A DNA stretch of 33,796 bases from a virus. This document shows positions 30,562-33,796 of the stretch, in pieces. The notes beneath the pieces are model-generated. The model searched no databases. It was not told the origin of the DNA and saw nothing but the letters and a program-made list of their open reading frames with translations. Numbering within the stretch: position 1 is the first letter of the stretch; each line of letters starts with the position of its first letter. Where the stretch lies: IMG/VR virus record IMGVR_UViG_3300045988_115677. One strand, written 5' to 3'. Made by a program: the position numbers and the translations under genes.

Positions 30562-32296
30562 GCGGAAAGCCGCCAGCGGAGACGACCCGCGCCTCCTCGC
30601 GGAGATCCGCGAGTATTACGAGGGGCGCCTGAAGTCTCGTCCGGCGGTGCTGCCGGGGGCTGGTGGGCCGTTCCCGGCGGTTGCGTACGGCCCGGTGTGG
30701 GCCGTGAAGGACGGCGCCTGGCTGCAGCCTGAGCACACCGTCGGCTGGGACGTGGCCTGTTGGACGTCGGCGCACCTTGCTGGGCCTGGCGGCGGCCCCT
30801 TCTTGTTCACGGACGAGCAGCTGCGCTTCATGCTTTGGTATTATGCGACAGACTCGGCTGGGAGGTTCCTGTCGCCCACGGTGGTTCTGCAACGGTGCAA
30901 GGGGTGGGGCAAGGATCCGCTGGCTGGCGTTATCGCCCTCGCGGCGCTCTGCGGCCCGTCCGTCCCATTCGTGGGGGGGGACGGCGTGGTGCGCGGACGC
31001 CGCGAGGAGTCACCCTGGATTCGCCTCCTGGCGGTTTCCCAACAGCAGACAGAGAACACGATGGGGGCGATCCGCGCCCTGGCGCCCCCGGACGTTCGTG
31101 AGGACCTTGCGATCCGGGTGGTAACGACACTGGTTCGCCCGACTGACGGGAGTGCGGGGTTCATCACGGCGATCACGTCGAATCCTGACGCGGCCGAAGG
31201 GGCGCGCGCCACCCTGACCGTATGCAACGAGACACAGAACTGGACGCGGTCGAACTCTGGCATGGCGATGATGGGTGTCGTCCGCGGTGACGCAGCAAAG
31301 TCGCCGCCGGAACGGCAGGCCCGGGTTTTGCACATCTGCAACGCTGCTAGGGTCGGTGTCGAGTCGGTTGGGTTGTCTGTCCGTGAAGGCTGGGAGGAGC
31401 ACGGCGGGAGGGGCGCCGGCCTCATGTACGACTCGTTGGAGGCACCCCCCGACGCGCCGCTGACTGCGGAGGCCGCACCTGAAGTGGTTGAGTCTGTTCG
31501 TGGCGACGCGTCCTGGCTGACACCGGACCGTATCGTCCAGGACATCATGGATCCGTCTACGCCGCCGTCTGAGTCGCGCAGGAAGTGGTACAACCAGGTG
31601 GTCGCGTCCGAGGATGCGTGGCTGACCCGCGAGGAGTGGGACTCCTGTCTTGATAAGGAACTGCCTGCGCTGGACCCCGGAGACGAGGTTGCAGTGTTCT
31701 TCGATGGCGGTAAATCGGACGACTCGACCGCCTGCGTGGCTGTCCGCATCAGTGACGGCGCTCCGTTCGTGGTCGGCGTGTGGCAGCGGCCGCCTGACGC
31801 CCGCGCCCATAACTGGGTTGTCGATCGGGCTGCGGTCGATAAGCGCGTCCGTGACTTCTACGAGCACCATAATGTGGTTGCCCTGTGGGCGGACCCGTCT
31901 CACGCCGTCGAGGATGAGAGCATGGAGCAGTTCTGGGACTCGGTCGTGGACGGCTGGCATCGCGACTATGGTCGCCGGCTGCGGCTGAAGGCCTCTCAGG
32001 GGCACTCCGTGAAGTGGGACATGTCCTCGCCGGCGAACCAGAAAGCATTCGTGCACGCCGTCCAGGTCGCGACCACCGACATAGTCGAGCATGCGTTCGT
32101 CCATGACGGCGACGCGAGGCTACGCGCCCACGTCCTCCATGCTGTCCGCTACCCGACGCGGTTCGGCATGTCGATCTCGAAGGACGGCCGAGAGTCACGC
32201 AAGAAGATCGACTTGGCTGTCTGCATGATCGGCGGTAGGATGATCCGTAACATATGGCTGAATAGCCGCCGCCGGAGCAGAGGATCGATATGGTGA
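30545..32296 (+). CDS. Terminase large subunit
   Basis: 583 aa. GTG start overlaps the end of terS. Walker-A-like CKGWGKD. Precedes portal. Confidence 0.8.
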   Translation: MARPRERKAASGDDPRLLAEIREYYEGRLKSRPAVLPGAGGPFPAVAYGPVWAVKDGAWLQPEHTVGWDVACWTSAHLAGPGGGPFLFTDEQLRFMLWYYATDSAGRFLSPTVVLQRCKGWGKDPLAGVIALAALCGPSVPFVGGDGVVRGRREESPWIRLLAVSQQQTENTMGAIRALAPPDVREDLAIRVVTTLVRPTDGSAGFITAITSNPDAAEGARATLTVCNETQNWTRSNSGMAMMGVVRGDAAKSPPERQARVLHICNAARVGVESVGLSVREGWEEHGGRGAGLMYDSLEAPPDAPLTAEAAPEVVESVRGDASWLTPDRIVQDIMDPSTPPSESRRKWYNQVVASEDAWLTREEWDSCLDKELPALDPGDEVAVFFDGGKSDDSTACVAVRISDGAPFVVGVWQRPPDARAHNWVVDRAAVDKRVRDFYEHHNVVALWADPSHAVEDESMEQFWDSVVDGWHRDYGRRLRLKASQGHSVKWDMSSPANQKAFVHAVQVATTDIVEHAFVHDGDARLRAHVLHAVRYPTRFGMSISKDGRESRKKIDLAVCMIGGRMIRNIWLNSRRRSRGSIW

Positions 32297-33624
32297 ACGG
32301 ACCGTGGGATGACATTGCGGCTCGCCGTGACGAGGCGAGGGCGCTTGCCGCCCAGCGTCGCGAAGAGATTGCCCCCGGGGCGTCTACGCGGACCGCGGCC
32401 AGCGGTCCCCTGTATGGGGTTGATTCAGACAGGGCTGACGCCACGAAACGACGCCTGAAGGCGTTGTCGCTCGGCCCTACTCTGGGGCTACTGTTGGACA
32501 CGCTGGCTCGGCAGATAGTCGCTGACGGTATCTCTTCCGACCGGGACGATCAGGGGTCCGCTAGGCTGTGGGGGCCGTGGGAGGCGTCGGGCATGCCGTC
32601 TAGGCAGACGGCCCTGTGGCGCGAAGCTCTCATTGATGGCGCCGCTTATGCTGCCGTTCTGCCGTCGAACGGCCCGTCCGTGCTGCCGCTGCCGGCCTCT
32701 AGGGTCGCCTGCGATTGGGGTGGCGCGGAGGCAAACGAATGGCCCGTTGCGGCTGTTGTGTTGCGCGGCGACGGCGCCCCGTGGCGTTACCTGACCGCCG
32801 CCGAGGAGGTGGACTGTAAGACTGGCGCCGTCCTCTGGTCTGGAGCTCTGCAGCATTGCCCTGTCGTGCGTGTCGCCCCTTATCAAGCGCTGGACGGCGA
32901 ATGTGAATCCCTGGTGGATAGGCTGCGTCTCCCCGCCCGCCGTTACATCAAGACCGTGCACGACCGCCTCCTCGTCCAGCATCACAACTCGTGGCGTGTT
33001 CGTACTGCGACAGGCCTTGCCGATCCGGGATCCCCCGAGGAAGCGGAGCGACAGAAAGCCCTCCTGGAGCACGGGGATGTGCTGACCGGGGGCGAGGGCG
33101 TGCAGTTCGGGTCGCTGCCTGAAACGAACCTGCAGTCGTTGCTTGACGCCGAGAAGGCTGACCTGGGGACGCTGGCTGCGCTCGCGTCGGTGCCGTCCTG
33201 GGCGCTGTCTGGGGCGCAGCTAGTCAACCTGAGCGCGGACGCTCTCGCTGAAGCCAAGGCAGCCGAGCGCGCTCACCTGCAGGCGCTCACGCGCGCTTTT
33301 GGGCGCCCCGTGTGCAACCTCGTTCGCCTGTGCGCTGCCGTTGACGGACGCCGCGACGACTCCGAAGACACCACGCTCTCTGTCGACTGGCGGGACACTG
33401 AGGCCCGCTCCTTGTCGCAGGCGGCTGACGCTCTCGGGAAGCTGTCGCAGACGCTGGGCGTGCCCGCCGCGCTGCTGTGGGACCGCATCCCCGGCGTGTC
33501 GCCGTCCGAAGCGGCCGGCTGGAGGGAGTACGCGGACGCGCACCCTGACGCGCTCACCTCGTACGCACAGGCTCTCGCCGGCGCTGACAATCCTGGCAAG
33601 GTCGCAGCCTTGGAGGAGGAGTGA
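32290..33624 (+). CDS. Portal protein
   Basis: 444 aa. ATG overlaps the terL stop. Lies between the terminase and MuF-like genes. Confidence 0.75.
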   Translation: MVNGPWDDIAARRDEARALAAQRREEIAPGASTRTAASGPLYGVDSDRADATKRRLKALSLGPTLGLLLDTLARQIVADGISSDRDDQGSARLWGPWEASGMPSRQTALWREALIDGAAYAAVLPSNGPSVLPLPASRVACDWGGAEANEWPVAAVVLRGDGAPWRYLTAAEEVDCKTGAVLWSGALQHCPVVRVAPYQALDGECESLVDRLRLPARRYIKTVHDRLLVQHHNSWRVRTATGLADPGSPEEAERQKALLEHGDVLTGGEGVQFGSLPETNLQSLLDAEKADLGTLAALASVPSWALSGAQLVNLSADALAEAKAAERAHLQALTRAFGRPVCNLVRLCAAVDGRRDDSEDTTLSVDWRDTEARSLSQAADALGKLSQTLGVPAALLWDRIPGVSPSEAAGWREYADAHPDALTSYAQALAGADNPGKVAALEEE

Positions 33625-33796
33625 CCCTTATCGGCGACCACCGCGTCGCTGTTGGTGCGCTCGCCACGAAAGCTCGCGACTCCGCAGTCGACCTGTTCGA
33701 TGTGGTGCTCGACCCGGACAGCCTGGACGCGTCGTCTGCGGCGTGGGCGTCTCAGACGGCGTCCGCCTTGCGCGGCGCTTCGGCGGGCGTGGACCG
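33621..33796 (+). CDS. MuF/SPP1 gp7-like minor capsid (head morphogenesis) protein, 5' part (continues at 1..626)
   Basis: GTG 33621 overlaps the portal stop (GTGA). The frame stays open to the contig end and is in phase with ORF 27..626 through the 55-bp overlap. Total is about 248 aa on the circular map. Confidence 0.65.
   Translation, partial: MTLIGDHRVAVGALATKARDSAVDLFDVVLDPDSLDASSAAWASQTASALRGASAGVD
33742..33796. repeat. Terminal direct repeat, copy 2 (contig-closure overlap)
   Basis: Exact 55-bp identity with 1-55. Confidence 0.95.

Larger units (their letters stand above)
1..33796. mobile_element. Complete siphovirus-like dsDNA phage genome (circularly closed contig, unique length 33,741 bp)
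   Basis: Full morphogenesis, lysis and recombination gene set with very little non-coding DNA. Contig ends overlap exactly by 55 bp. No flanking bacterial genes and no integrase. Confidence 0.9.

Noticed and set aside
1-33796. Search for integrase, repressor, attP, tRNA, rRNA and toxin-antitoxin pairs
   Set aside because: Reading both strands, I found no tyrosine or serine recombinase-like ORF, no CI/Cro-like divergent pair, no cloverleaf-compatible sequence (no GTTCGAATC-type T-arm) and no rRNA-like segment. I therefore treat the phage as probably lytic, but this is a by-eye negative result.

Overview
The window is a complete, circularly closed genome of a high-GC siphovirus-like dsDNA phage, probably infecting an actinobacterium. 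Bases 1-55 are identical to 33742-33796, so the unique length is 33,741 bp, and one gene (MuF-like minor capsid) runs across the contig junction. There are two transcription arms. The rightward arm (26428, through the wrap, to 17526) carries a small membrane protein, an HNH endonuclease, endolysin, a small TM protein, holin, TerS (P27-like), TerL, portal, MuF-like protein, scaffold, major capsid, four head-tail joining proteins, major tail protein with an Ig-like C-terminus, a G/G-T chaperone pair with a CCCTTTC -1 frameshift, tape measure, three minor tail or fibre proteins, a TIM-barrel glycosidase-like protein and a membrane coiled-coil protein. The leftward arm (25887 to 17392) carries many small unknown genes plus RecT, an HTH protein, a dUTPase fusion, a DUF3310-like protein, a PD-(D/E)xK resolvase-like nuclease, SSB, an NrdH-like redoxin and a metallophosphoesterase, followed by an internal terminator and a five-gene terminal cassette. 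I found no integrase, repressor, tRNA, rRNA or CRISPR array, and no recognisable replication initiator, helicase, primase or polymerase. Two things stand out. (1) The divergent intergenic region 26121-26400 contains about ten DnaA-box-like 9-mers: four perfect TTATCCACA, one TTGTCCACA, and five of the ten head-to-tail at 11-12 bp spacing. They lie next to the most AT-rich DNA in the genome, so the region looks like an oriC or a DnaA sink. (2) A roughly 1.1 kb stretch (about 26980-28075) is almost free of T and poor in G on the + strand. It is open in all six reading frames, contains telomere-like C4A2 repeats (G-quadruplex motif on the - strand), and includes the HNH gene. Other points worth a look are the lysis cassette sitting between HNH and terS, a domain that recurs in four places in the early arm, and convergent genes overlapping at the arm junction. 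All calls come from reading the sequence and the ORF track by eye; no database searches were run.
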